Source: Tubiluchus corallicola
Taxonomy: Eukaryota > Animalia > Priapulida
Direction: 5' to 3'
DNA: 64,000 nt
Assembly: GCA_030141605.1 (NCBI GenBank)
Contig: JAQGDQ010000241.1
Location: 62,001-126,000, forward strand
Shown here: piece by piece, positions 11,501-22,258 of the stretch
How the letters are laid out: each line of letters begins with the position of its first letter
Position numbering within the stretch: position 1 is the first letter of the stretch
Made by a program: the position numbers and the translations under genes
Notes under the pieces: model-generated
Database searches by the model: none
What the model saw: only the letters and a program-made list of their open reading frames with translations
Told to the model about the DNA's origin: nothing

Positions 11501-14500
11501 AAGTACAATTCAGTAGTAAGTAGACAAACACTGCGATATATATATAAAAATTTAACAATTAATCTTATAGACTACATATCTTCATTAGCAAAAAACTGTT
11601 TAACCACTTCACAAACAAAACGTTATGTTAGTTGCAAAACGTTTTGGGGAGTTCAATGAAAAGGGCAGCTCCTTGGTTCTGAAATTGACAGTTCTGTTGC
11701 AACTAACATAATGTTTTCTTTGTATAGTAGTAAAATATTGTCATACTGATGAAAATATGTTGTCTGTAAAGTTATTTGTTAAATTATCTGTATATATCAA
11801 ACAATATTTGGCTACTACCTACAAGTAAATTGATAAGTTGTTTCTACACTCTGGAAAAATTTCTTTGTTTTAGATGCCTTAAAAATAAACTGCAACTGTT
11901 TGAGACCGGTCGACAATAAAATTCTATATTGAAGTTATACTTATTTGTCAAATATAGATAAATAAATATTTAAGATGGATCAATTTTGCAGACCTTGGAA
12001 ATCAAGGAACATCGCCATGTTCGCCTAATCCTTGTGGTGATGGACGTTGCTTTGACGATGGGCCAAACCGATACACTTGCGTTTGTAGAGACGGAACTGT
12101 TGGTAGGAGTTGCGCTCGTAAGTACAACGTTATTGATCGATAGAGATTTAGGGACTTCACAAGGTTTTAATTCAGTTAAGAAAATGTTCTTTTAAGAGCT
12201 TGTAAAAGTGGGAGAAGACTCACTTGATCCAGCAGAAAGTTTAAATAGGATTTCGTCTGCAAGCTCATGTTGTGCGGGAATTTCAGTCTTAATAAAAGCA
12301 CAAATTACAAACATAATGCTTGCTAGCATTTAGAAAACTTGGAAACGTTTCGAGCACAGGTGATAGATATTAAATCATAGTAAAAGTATTGAAACTGAGT
12401 TTATTGACTTGTATGAGTAGCGTCTGTGGATTCGATCAGCTAATTTTGTTTATTTGTAGATTTTTGGATTGATAATGACCGTTTGGTGTAGTCAAAACGT
12501 CTCCTCATTTTTCTAAATAAATGCCACACGGCACTAGGTTTGTCACATCGCTGGTGATTTTATTTCCATCTGCAACGTTTCATCAACATCATCAGCGCAA
12601 TCTTAATGACCCACAATAACAATTATATTTTAAAATAGAACCTAACTGAGCAAAAGGTTGTTGTAGAATCTAACCTTACCAAAGTTTTTTTAGAAGCAGC
12701 ACTGTCTTCTTGTCTTGCAGACTGTCGGTCTTAGTTATGTTCTTGATGTTATCGTGTTTACTATACTTTGGGTCATTTTAGAGGCAACGTTACTTTGGGA
12801 CGAGGTATAGTGCCGAGTGATTATTGTATAGGCTCAGCAAACAAAATTAAGCAACACTGAACCTGGTCACTAAATGGATGGGTGACTGCTGCTTTCAATA
12901 TTCGTTTTAGACAGTTCTCATCTACCATCAAGCTCGTCGGTAATTATCTCGTTGAGTGGTTTAATAGAAAATATATATGTACATCCCAACCTGTCTAAGA
13001 CACCAGCCAATTGCTCATTTACGAGGATTAAGGGATCCCTGACAAAATGACATCAACTCTAGTTCTGCTATAACCATACAAATTGAGTAGTGCCTTTCAA
13101 TTTTGCCAGTGCTGCATTCTGCTTGCAGGTCCCATATAAAAAAATTTTATAGTAACGTTGGCTAATTCTATTATGCTGCAAACATGTTTCCCGTTTTGTT
13201 TTAGCCTCAGGCATTTGTACAGCACAATCATGTGGTAATGGTAGATGTGTGGAAGATCTTGGCGGAGGTTTTGCCTGTAAATGCAATTTTGGCTGGACTG
13301 GAGAAACATGCACAGAAAGTATGTTATTACATACATTTTGTAAAAATAGATGTGCCGCGTAGGTGCCTTGACACCCGTTGCATAATTTAATAGGTTATTT
13401 CAGGCGGTTCGTGGCTGAATGACATATTGCATTATGCTGTTGAATTTCTAGAAAAATATAAATAAAAAACTTAATGCCTTTTCTTAGTCTCAAAACAGAT
13501 TTTACCACCAGGAGTTTTGTGCTAAGGTGCCTCATCAGCTCAGGTTAGCACGGCAAATTCTTATTGTAGTCAATTCAGCTAGTGAGCCCATTAGGGCGAA
13601 ACCTCGTGTCAATAAACTCTGTTTTGAGACTGGGTCGTCTTAACAACATTATAGGCACCCGTGCAAAGCAGTGCACTGGGACCTCTACCATATTAGTACT
13701 GCATCATAAATTACTAATCTTGCATAACTATTACATGCTTACCCTACAAGATTCAATCTCTAATAACGAACGGCATATAAATATAATCAAAATCATTGCT
13801 ATTAACTGTCAAGTTGAAAAGACGTTAACATATAAGCTTTTACATTTTGTAGCGCGTGTTTGGTTGATTGACTGATTGCAGCTTAATGCTGCAACAAAAT
13901 ACGAAAAAAATATTTAAAAGCTAAATAGCATTTATACTATTAATAATACTCCTTTCGCATAACAATTTATTTAATTGAAAACAAAACTAATTCCGTACTT
14001 TGCGAATATAATATTAAACACGGGTCATTATAATTAAGGTCGCATTCATGAGCATACCTCAAAGTGAGATCCGTGAAATCACAGGCGAATGTCAATACCC
14101 GCTTTAACACAACAGCAAATATTTATAGTTTAGTATAGTATAGTATTTATCTTTTGACAGCAAGTTATAACAAACATAGATTAGCAATGAGCCCTTATAT
14201 TCGTGGGGCACCCGAGAAACTGCCCAGCGTACGCAAGCGTTAGGATGGCCCTGTTCAAGATATTCAATGTTTTGTTTAGGTATTAAAGATGGCAAGTCTC
14301 AGGTGATCACTCTAATAATTTAAGTTTCTAGTGAAGTACATTTAGATGTAAGATGTTCAGAATGGAAAACATGGAAGAAGCCAAGTGCAACGTGCAAGGC
14401 CTTTTATAAGCTTTGTATTGCACAGTGGCTTAATCGGACAGACTGTGTGAATGTGGTACTGACCAAACTGAAGAACATGTTTTAATCACCTGTCCAAAAA

Positions 14501-17500
14501 CCGAAAATCTTAGAAATGAATTTACGAATGTAAATTTTGAAAATATTGATGATGTATTTGAAAACGAAGATATGTTTAAAATTAATTATGATGTATTCAA
14601 GTTATTTACGGATCGAGCAACATTATTTTGAGTCTAGCAAAAATTAATCACTCATCTACCAATACATAATTAGAGATTAGTCGCAGACTTGTTATCTATA
14701 GTATTGTAATTTTTTAAAACTGTAATACACAGGCATAGAATTGGTGTATTTAACTATATAGCACATTGCATTTATTTTATCTTTGTTGTTCTCCATGTGT
14801 CATTTTGGTAATATCTTTTTGGACTATAGTTTTTTTTCTGGTTACCCAATATTATAGTGTATTTGTCTCGAATTATGTAGAATTATAGTCAGTAAACTAA
14901 CTAACTAACTAACTATCTTTACACAAAGTTATACCAGCTCTAGAAAACTACTTGATTCAATAGCAAAACAGTAATTTATTTGTCAATGGAAATTTTTGGT
15001 AAATAAGACAATAAAATTTGAAGTAAAACATGTTATAATGCAGCAATCTATACGTGCAAATCACTTGTAGCAAGGTTAAGGTTTTTTCTGTACAAGAACT
15101 CCAGTCGTTTGCATTCACTGTAAACATATACGCTTTGAGCCCATGACTTCGAGTTCGAAAAGAAGCCGCCTTTTCTTTTGAGCAATTCCACCTGTAATAG
15201 AAAGGACACTTCTTAAGTATGCTATATGGCGCTTGAATTTGAAGCACCATTGTCTTTTCTTATGAAATGCAACAAAACACTATAACCATAATGTCATTTT
15301 TCCATCATGATACTGATAAGTGAAATGACTGATTTCGTAGAAGAATTGAATGACGTCATATTTAATTTTTAAGGGGATTTCTGCGTTAATTCACCTTGCT
15401 TGAATGGAGAATGTCAGAACTTTCTTGTATCGTACGTATGTAACTGCTACCCAGGATGGACTGGAAGAGTGTGTGACGTTGGTACGTGCATGTATTTCAG
15501 AATTTCTTTTTAAAATTGCATGTTTTTGCATGTTCATTTAGTTTTCTAATGGCAATGTTTGTGCAATTGTGACTCCTTAGTTTGTGTTTCGCTTGACTGT
15601 TTCGTTATCTGTTTTGTTGTTAATTCCTTACCATATTTTATGTAGTAGCACGTTAGTAGACCGGTATGTGTATATGTCTGCACAGTACACTCCACTTTTT
15701 TAACCATCAATGATTTCTGAAGTATCTGCTAGGAGTTTCGATCACTATCCTTTTCTGTCTTCTTGTTGTGCCAGCACTTTTGCAAGATTTGTCAAGCCTG
15801 CCTCCGTTTTTTCTTTTATTGTTCAATCTGATCTGTTGAAGACTGTCAAAGAATTTGTATTCTGAATTTCTGAGATACTGAAAGATTGCACCTCAAAGAC
15901 CAACTATTATTCTTATGCACCATAATCTATCACGTTGATTCGCTTGAATCTGCAGTTATAAGGAGATTTCGTTCCTCTTTTCTGAATTTCAGACTGTCAG
16001 ACGTTTGATTCTGCATGTTTTGTTCACAGCACGTTCTCCAATGCATTCCTGGAACTGATTAACTGGAAAACTTGATATGTGAGCTTGCCAATTTCAAGGT
16101 GAAAGATTGGGCTTGAGTACGCTGGTGGAACAGTTCAATTGATTAGTATGCTTGCTTTTCGGCCTGATTGTCATGGGTTCGATTCAGCAGTTGGGTATTT
16201 TAAAATGGTATCTCAGTGCTGACTTCGTCTCATAACAATGAAGATTGACAACGTGTGTCCATCAGTGTTTTCATCTTTTTCACCTTGGTTCTGCTTTCTT
16301 TCATGCAGAACAGAGACATGCACCTTTAGTCGTTATTGATGATATTGACGTTGTTGTTGTTATTACAGAAATTTCAGAAGAAAATTCCCTAACTTGTTCT
16401 GCAACTAATCCTTGTTTACATGGCACGTGTATTGACACAAAATTTTCTGAAGATAAATATTACTGTCTTTGTCAGCCGGGTTGGGGTGGTTTGCAGTGTG
16501 ATGCTGGTAAGTGTCCCGCAATCCCTTGTGGTTCTAGTTATTGTTGCTTGTATTTTTTGAAATTGCCATCATTGTTGCTCGGTTGGTATTGTTGAATTTG
16601 TTATGCTGCTTATTGTTGCTTGTCTGTATCCATGTACAACTAAAACCTTTCAGGTAACAGGTCTGGGAATAAAAAATAAGACTAGAAACGTTGTTTTGTT
16701 TTGGTTAAGATGCTGCTTTTACTCTTTTGTTACGTGTAGTATTATTTAGCTTTAGCTTTCATAAAACATTGCTTACACGATTTACATTGCTTAGTCGATT
16801 ACACGAAAACTGTTTTTCAAGATAAGCTGCTAAAGGTTTATTTGTGTTTGGAATTCGGAATTCCGTTGTATTATGTAACTTATGTTCGTCAGTAATACAG
16901 TTTTGCAGTATAACAGTTTTGTATGTGCATATGTCAAATGTTTGTACCAGTAATAGCACCAATAAAAACTACATTAAAATAGAAATTACAGCAACTCGTT
17001 TCAAGGTTACGCGTGCCTCATCTTCAGTTGCTCAACGACTAGCGTGATTGCTGATAATAATAATGATAATGATAATAATAATAATTTAGATATTTAAAAT
17101 GCATTAACATTAAAATGGACAAATGCACTTTACATACGTATATCCTAAAACATAAACAGTACATTCATAATTGACTACCATAGATAAAGCTAAAATCGTA
17201 ATACGTGTGTTAAAAATCACTAGTAATCAGCTCAAAAATCAGTACTTTAAGACAATATTAAGTTTTTAATTAATTAAAAATGCTTCTTTATAAAAACAAG
17301 TTTTAAGAAAGGATTTGAATTTTTCAACATTAGTCAATTGCATAAATTGGTAAATCGTTCAATAATTTTGGTGCTGCTACGCAAAAACTGAGATCTATAT
17401 ATATATGTGACTAGATCATGACACGGTTACAACAAATGTCGATGAATTAACTGGTTTAAGATTAGGTAAACTGTGTAGTTGAATGATACAAATAACTGAA

Positions 17501-20500
17501 GCCGTCATCCAGCAGTACAAGATGAGGCATGCGTAGTCTTGAAACTGTTTAATGACTATTTTAATAAAAAAGTGAATGTGGTCTCTCTATTGGTGACGTT
17601 ATTTGCAGTAAAAGTTAGATTCACAAAGCACGATGTTAACAATGATGATGAAGACGATAAGGATGACAATAATGATGAAGATGGTGAAAATATACTTATA
17701 TCTCTGTTTATACATGTAGTCATAATCATATCTATGTGTACAAAAATGACCCTTCTAATATTGTGCAATTTTAATGTATGTTTTAGACCTTAGTAACAGA
17801 GGAGCTTGCTCAACTAATCCCTGTGTGTTTGGAGTCTGTCAGCCATTCGGTTTTTTCGACTACGCCTGTAACTGCGACATTGGTTACAGCGGAAGGAATT
17901 GCGACATCCCCGATGGACCACAACCTGACACCGGTCCTTGCGATAGTGGTCCATGTCTCAATGGTGGCATATGTACAGAAGTCGTTTTAGGAAATGATAT
18001 AGGTTACAGGTTGGTTTTTATCACATTTACATTCGTTTAAAACACTGATCAATTTAAGATGTTAGTCTTATCCGACTTGCTACAGTCAGCTGACCAAATA
18101 AGCCGCAGTAGTTACTAATTGGTTTGCACGTCCGTCTGTGGTTGCCTGGTTGGTCATTTGTAAAACCAGGATCGTTTGGAAATTTAGAAACGCCCATTTG
18201 AATCACTTTACGTGGCATTTTAAAGCATAAATTTACCGAGGGTGGACCTGGGTGGTGCTTAAAAGGCAATATTTCGAGGCAACTGTACAGTGTAAGGTAA
18301 GGTATCATCATTATCGAAATTTTTTATTGATAAATATTACAGTCTTAGTCAGCTGGATATGGGTGGTTTGCAGTGTGACGTTGGTAAGTGTCCTACAATC
18401 CCTTATGGTCCTAGATGTTGTTGCTTCACTAAGACTATTGACGGCCTAAACAATGAAACTGATGACGATGCTGATGACAATGACGACGATGAGGTCCTCA
18501 ACTAACACATTTGAACACTAATCGTTAAAAACACGTTTTTTATATACATTGCTTACTAAATTTTCTGATGTTATTATAAAATATTTGACAATACCCCTGA
18601 AACAAGCTCCTTCTACTATACAAATTAAGAAGTAATTCAAAAATTGAGTAGTTCACAATGTCTGTAAACTAGCTGCATAGGTCTGACGTACATATCCATC
18701 TTAAGCAAATCTGACATACATATCCATCTTAAACAAAAATAATAGTGCCTAAATTTGTCACAAATAAGAGGAAAGAAATGGAACAAGCCGCTCAGATTTA
18801 TCTTTTAGATTTTCATGTGAACATCTGAGTGTTATGGAATACTGATTTATTAACACTGTCATGAGACGTGTCAGACCCACATAATAATGAATCTGTTTGT
18901 TTATTTCTACTAAGATTTAAGAAATTAACATGTAGCAATAATAACAAACAAACGTTAATTAATATGATTTGTCTAATATGGTGGTATTTGTTATACTGCA
19001 ATAAAATGTTAGTGGTAGTTTCCATTATTGTACCACAATTTCAACGATATAAGGATTTCGTAGATCATTAAGGTCACCTGCACAGTGCTTCAAACGACAC
19101 ATTAAAACAGCAGGGTGTCGTGGGTCAGAAAAATAATGAGGTGCTGTGTAATGCTAATAAAAATGCGTTTGAAATGAGGTGTAATGCCACGACCACGATG
19201 ACGATGACAACGACGATGATTATGATGAGGATGATGACGATGACAACGACGATGATAATATTTTTTGTTTCAGCTGTGATTGCCCTGATACTCACGCGGG
19301 ATCCGAGTGCCAAGAACTTGCATCAATAATTGTTACTACCTTTTGTGAACGACGCTCTTGCTTTAACGGCGGTGTATGCAATGAAGCACCTAATGGATTC
19401 GAGTGCGCATGTCGACCTGGATGGAAAGGAGCACGTTGCAATCGAAGAGGACAAACAGGTGAGTAACTGTATCATTAGTTTCACTCTTTTTAATATTTGA
19501 TTACAATTAAACGTCATTGGAGAAATGAAAATTGAAAGAAATTTTGTATAACATGGTAATAGTGACCGACACTCACAACAGACAATCCAACAATAAAGAC
19601 GTAATACTAAAAACAAGAACGATGATATTCTTGATGGTGATGTCACAGTGATGACAATGGTTAGGACGACGATGATTGATGACAATGATGATGAAGACGA
19701 TAAGGATGACAATAATGACGATGATGATAACCGAATGTTGACAATGGCGTGAGTGAGAATTTTGAAGAATGACAATGTAGTCAATGATGATAATAATTAG
19801 AATAATAGCAACGGTAATGATGACAGTAAGTGTTATCACTATGACGGTGCTAATAATGATAACAATGATAATAAAAAAGATTATAACAATTTTGATGATG
19901 ACAGTAACGACATTTTGACTACTAAGGTTAATGAGACGGCTTAAACAAGGAAAGAGATGATGATGGGAATTATGACGACGATGACGACAACGACGACGAT
20001 GGTGATGGTGATGATGATGACGACAACGATGATGATAATGATAATGACGATACCGTTTACATTTTTTGTCTTTTTAGCTATTTGTACAGAATATGGCGAT
20101 GTATGTAAAAATGGTGGGGTGTGCGTCCCTAGGATACCAGGCACCCCCCTCTATGAAGGATCTCAGTGTCAATGCCAAAACGGATGGCGAGGCATAACAT
20201 GTAATCAACGATCTAGACAGGGTGAATTTTAGTATTCCTTGTTTACTAGGTGTAGATCAATTTAGTAAATTATATGTAGGCCAGATATAAAGGTCTTATA
20301 GTTGGTGTTCGTGTGTTTAGAGTGGTATTAGCATATGTTAACTGTAATTATCTCTTGCATTCAAATTATTTTTATGCCATTAGTTTAAGTAGTAACTACT
20401 GTGTGATTAGTTTTTCTTGACTTAATTATTTGTAATTTGTTTTTTTGTAATTGTGTAGTTGTTTTATTGTTACATGTTGACTGATCTTTAATTTTTTTGA

Positions 20501-22258
20501 GTATTATGAGTCTATAACTGGTATTCTCGTGTTCGTTCTCGTATATCTCGTATTCATTCCTGGTTTCATTCCGTGTTCAGCCGCTGTAATAATTCTCTCT
20601 GTTTTTCGATGTAAACGCTTTTGTATTTTTGGTACTTGTATGTTGTGTTGAAAATATATGTGTAGCTATGTTCTTTCGAGCCTCAAGAAGCAGACTATTG
20701 TATTTTCATTAATCTAACGCACTCACAAAACTTTGAACTTTCATTGAAAATTCTTTACTTACACATCATTTAGTGCAAGTTTTTTTTAATTAATAAGACT
20801 GTAATACAAACGTCAACATGTCAGCATGTATACCTTTGACACGCAAGTCTTACCAGCAAATCGCTAATTTCAAACTGGATTTTTTTTTTATTTTTAAAAT
20901 TAGGTGTGCTAAAATTTAACGTTTAGTTACTGCTTTGAGGTGATATAATCTTTAGTAAAAATGTTCTGTTTAACAGCTTGTTTTTCTCATCGAATTTTTT
21001 TCAAAAGGTTTCAGTCTGCCATATTTCAAAGATCCGTAAAAAAGTTCGATGCACACTTTCCTTTTTACCTAAATGTACTTCTCAGAATAAAATAATTGCA
21101 CCGATTTTACTACATTTAACTAAACTAGTAAAAATAATTATGGTTGGATAAATCGCTTAGTTCTTTGCTTATTATCACACCTAAACTGTCTTTCCGAATT
21201 TTTTATGATTTTTTTTCCAAAAAGCTAAATGATTATTCGTCGTCACTACTTGAGAGATTTTGAAAATATTATTAAATGTTACCTTGTAACTTCACATAGT
21301 GCATAGAATACCAAAAGAATACCAGATGGAATATGGCAGGCCCATAATAAATATACAAATAGATATTTATCTGAGAGCGTGTGAGAGAAAGCCTTTGCTG
21401 TTCTAAATAGATCACCATTTACATTACCCGTTTATGAGGCTTATCCTTAGACAGCATACTTGCTAGAAAGCTTTATCTATTAAAGTGAATTGATGTTACT
21501 GGCTTAATACATACTTTGTTTGATAGTTTGATAAAAACTGCATTACAAATTTTTATTAAAAAATCAGAACATTCACACAGACTTTTCAATCGTTATGAAG
21601 CAATTGTTGACCAAAGTACCTAAATGTCAGTGTGTCATCAAATGTGACCTTTTCCGACATCCTAAAATCATTACAGTTTGCGAAATTTGAAAATGCGTAC
21701 TGAAATTGAATGTTTTGAACTGAATGAATAAATATTAATAACAATACTAAATTCAAGAAGGCTAACACTGACTTAAAAAACAATTTTGCAGTCAAAAAAC
21801 ACGTTAAATTCTATAATTTAAGTAAATAACAGATTTTATGGTTATAAGATATATGTGTCTGCATAAAACATTAGACCCAAAAGTGACCAAAATGTGACAA
21901 CAATTGCTATCATGGCTCAGTTAAAGGCGTATTAGTTTTGTCTGTATAATCTGATAGTATTATACTAAATGTGCCATTATTGTTGTATGCCGCATTGCTA
22001 TTGTTTTTCCATTGTTGCTATGCAAAGTATTGTTTTTAAAGTATGTGAATGCAGGTGAAATCACAGATTCGCTATAATTTTACGTTAAATTACAAATGCA
22101 GCAATTAAAATGTTGTCTTTTTAGGCCGTGGTCGCGGTCGAGGTCGAGGCAGAGGCAGAGGGAGAGGACGAGGAAATAATAGGCGACGATTTGGATCCAA
22201 CCTAAGGTTCATTCGAGGAAGACCCCAAGGAGGACGATTCGTAATAGCTGCCGGATAA
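8577..22258 (+). CDS. EGF-repeat gene B (complete): secreted SMB-like + 23 EGF + (GR)8 tail protein; 1047 aa from ATG 8704 or 1052 aa from ATG 8577
   Basis: Exons (8577-8586), 8699/8704-8917, 9364-9477, 9672-11315, 11992-12117, 13205-13318, 15374-15481, 16369-16506, 17787-18009, 19274-19458, 20078-20221, 22125-22258; all GT-AG and phase-compatible; 3144 nt from 8704 with no internal stop. Confidence 0.88.
8704..8917 (+). CDS. Gene B exon: signal peptide + somatomedin-B-like domain
   Basis: [20 protein letters not shown] hydrophobic leader; [21 protein letters not shown] fits the SMB pattern C-x-C-D-x2-C-x5-CC-x-D; donor G|gtaagt. Confidence 0.88.
9364..9477 (+). CDS. Gene B EGF exon
   Basis: cttacag|TT; [38 protein letters not shown]. 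Confidence 0.85.
   Translation, partial: FQHATSDLVETVESVLTVEWIICVIVLAQAFMEKTVK
9672..11315 (+). CDS. Gene B giant exon, 14 tandem EGF modules (548 codons)
   Basis: Lies within ORF 9629..11368; acttatag|GA acceptor and TTGG|gtaag donor; 14 six-Cys EGF repeats counted. Confidence 0.95.
11461..11920. mobile_element. Fold-back element (arms about 11461-11640 and 11695-11872) followed by a degenerate hammerhead-like motif and AATAAA; probable Penelope-like terminal remnant
   Basis: ttatgttagttgcaa versus ttgcaactaacataa, and tagaaacaactta versus taagttgtttcta; motif at 11877-11920. Confidence 0.6.
11992..12117 (+). CDS. Gene B EGF exon
   Basis: ttttgcag|AC; [35 protein letters not shown]; C|gtaagt. 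Confidence 0.88.
12466..12504 (+). ncRNA. Degenerate minimal hammerhead-like motif (Penelope type)
   Basis: GGA-TTGATAA-T-GAC..GTC-AAAAC-GTC-TCC with AATAAA just downstream; G12 replaced by A. Confidence 0.35.
13205..13318 (+). CDS. Gene B EGF exon (in-frame alternative acceptor at 13211)
   Basis: [36 protein letters not shown]; A|gtatgt. Confidence 0.87.
13485..13632. mobile_element. Inverted pair of Penelope-like terminal fragments, each with a degenerate hammerhead motif
   Basis: + strand AGCTAGTGAG-CCCATTAGGG-CGAAAC..GTC-AATAAA-CTCTGTTTTGAGACT; - strand AGCTGATGAG...AAAAC...TAAAATCTGTTTTGAGACT. Confidence 0.55.
14335..14915 (+). mobile_element. 5'-truncated LINE 3' end in a gene B intron
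   Basis: [25 protein letters not shown] (C-terminal Cys/His motif), then AT-rich UTR ending in (CTAA)n; related to 26440-27215. Confidence 0.6.
15374..15481 (+). CDS. Gene B EGF exon
   Basis: [35 protein letters not shown]; G|gtacgt. Confidence 0.87.
16369..16506 (+). CDS. Gene B EGF exon
   Basis: [46 protein letters not shown]; G|gtaagt. Confidence 0.85.
17052..17392 (-). mobile_element. L2-like LINE 3' end remnant
   Basis: Reverse strand [14 protein letters not shown]...[13 protein letters not shown] followed by a (TTA)n tail. Confidence 0.55.
17787..18009 (+). CDS. Gene B exon, 1.5 EGF modules (ends in phase 2)
   Basis: [35 protein letters not shown]...[24 protein letters not shown]. 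Confidence 0.87.
18329..18427 (+). pseudogene. Degenerate intronic copy of the 3' half and donor of exon 16369-16506
   Basis: gataaatattacagtcttagtcagctggatatgggtggtttgcagtgtgacgttg|gtaagtgtcc aligns with 16452-16550; two Cys codons changed to Ser. Confidence 0.75.
19188..20050. repeat. (GAT/GAC)n trinucleotide-rich intronic tracts (19188-19258 and 19620-20050; related tracts at 17635-17685 and 18460-18492)
   Basis: Visible in sequence; source of several spurious poly-M/I/S ORFs. Confidence 0.8.
19274..19458 (+). CDS. Gene B exon, completes one EGF and adds another
   Basis: tgtttcag|C; [14 protein letters not shown]...[39 protein letters not shown]; G|gtgagt. Confidence 0.87.
20078..20221 (+). 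CDS. Gene B last EGF exon
   Basis: [48 protein letters not shown]; G|gtgaat. Confidence 0.87.
22125..22258 (+). CDS. Gene B terminal exon: (GR)8[28 protein letters not shown]
   Basis: tctttttag|GC acceptor in phase 1; the GR repeat uses varied synonymous codons; TAA stop at 22256-22258. Confidence 0.82.
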
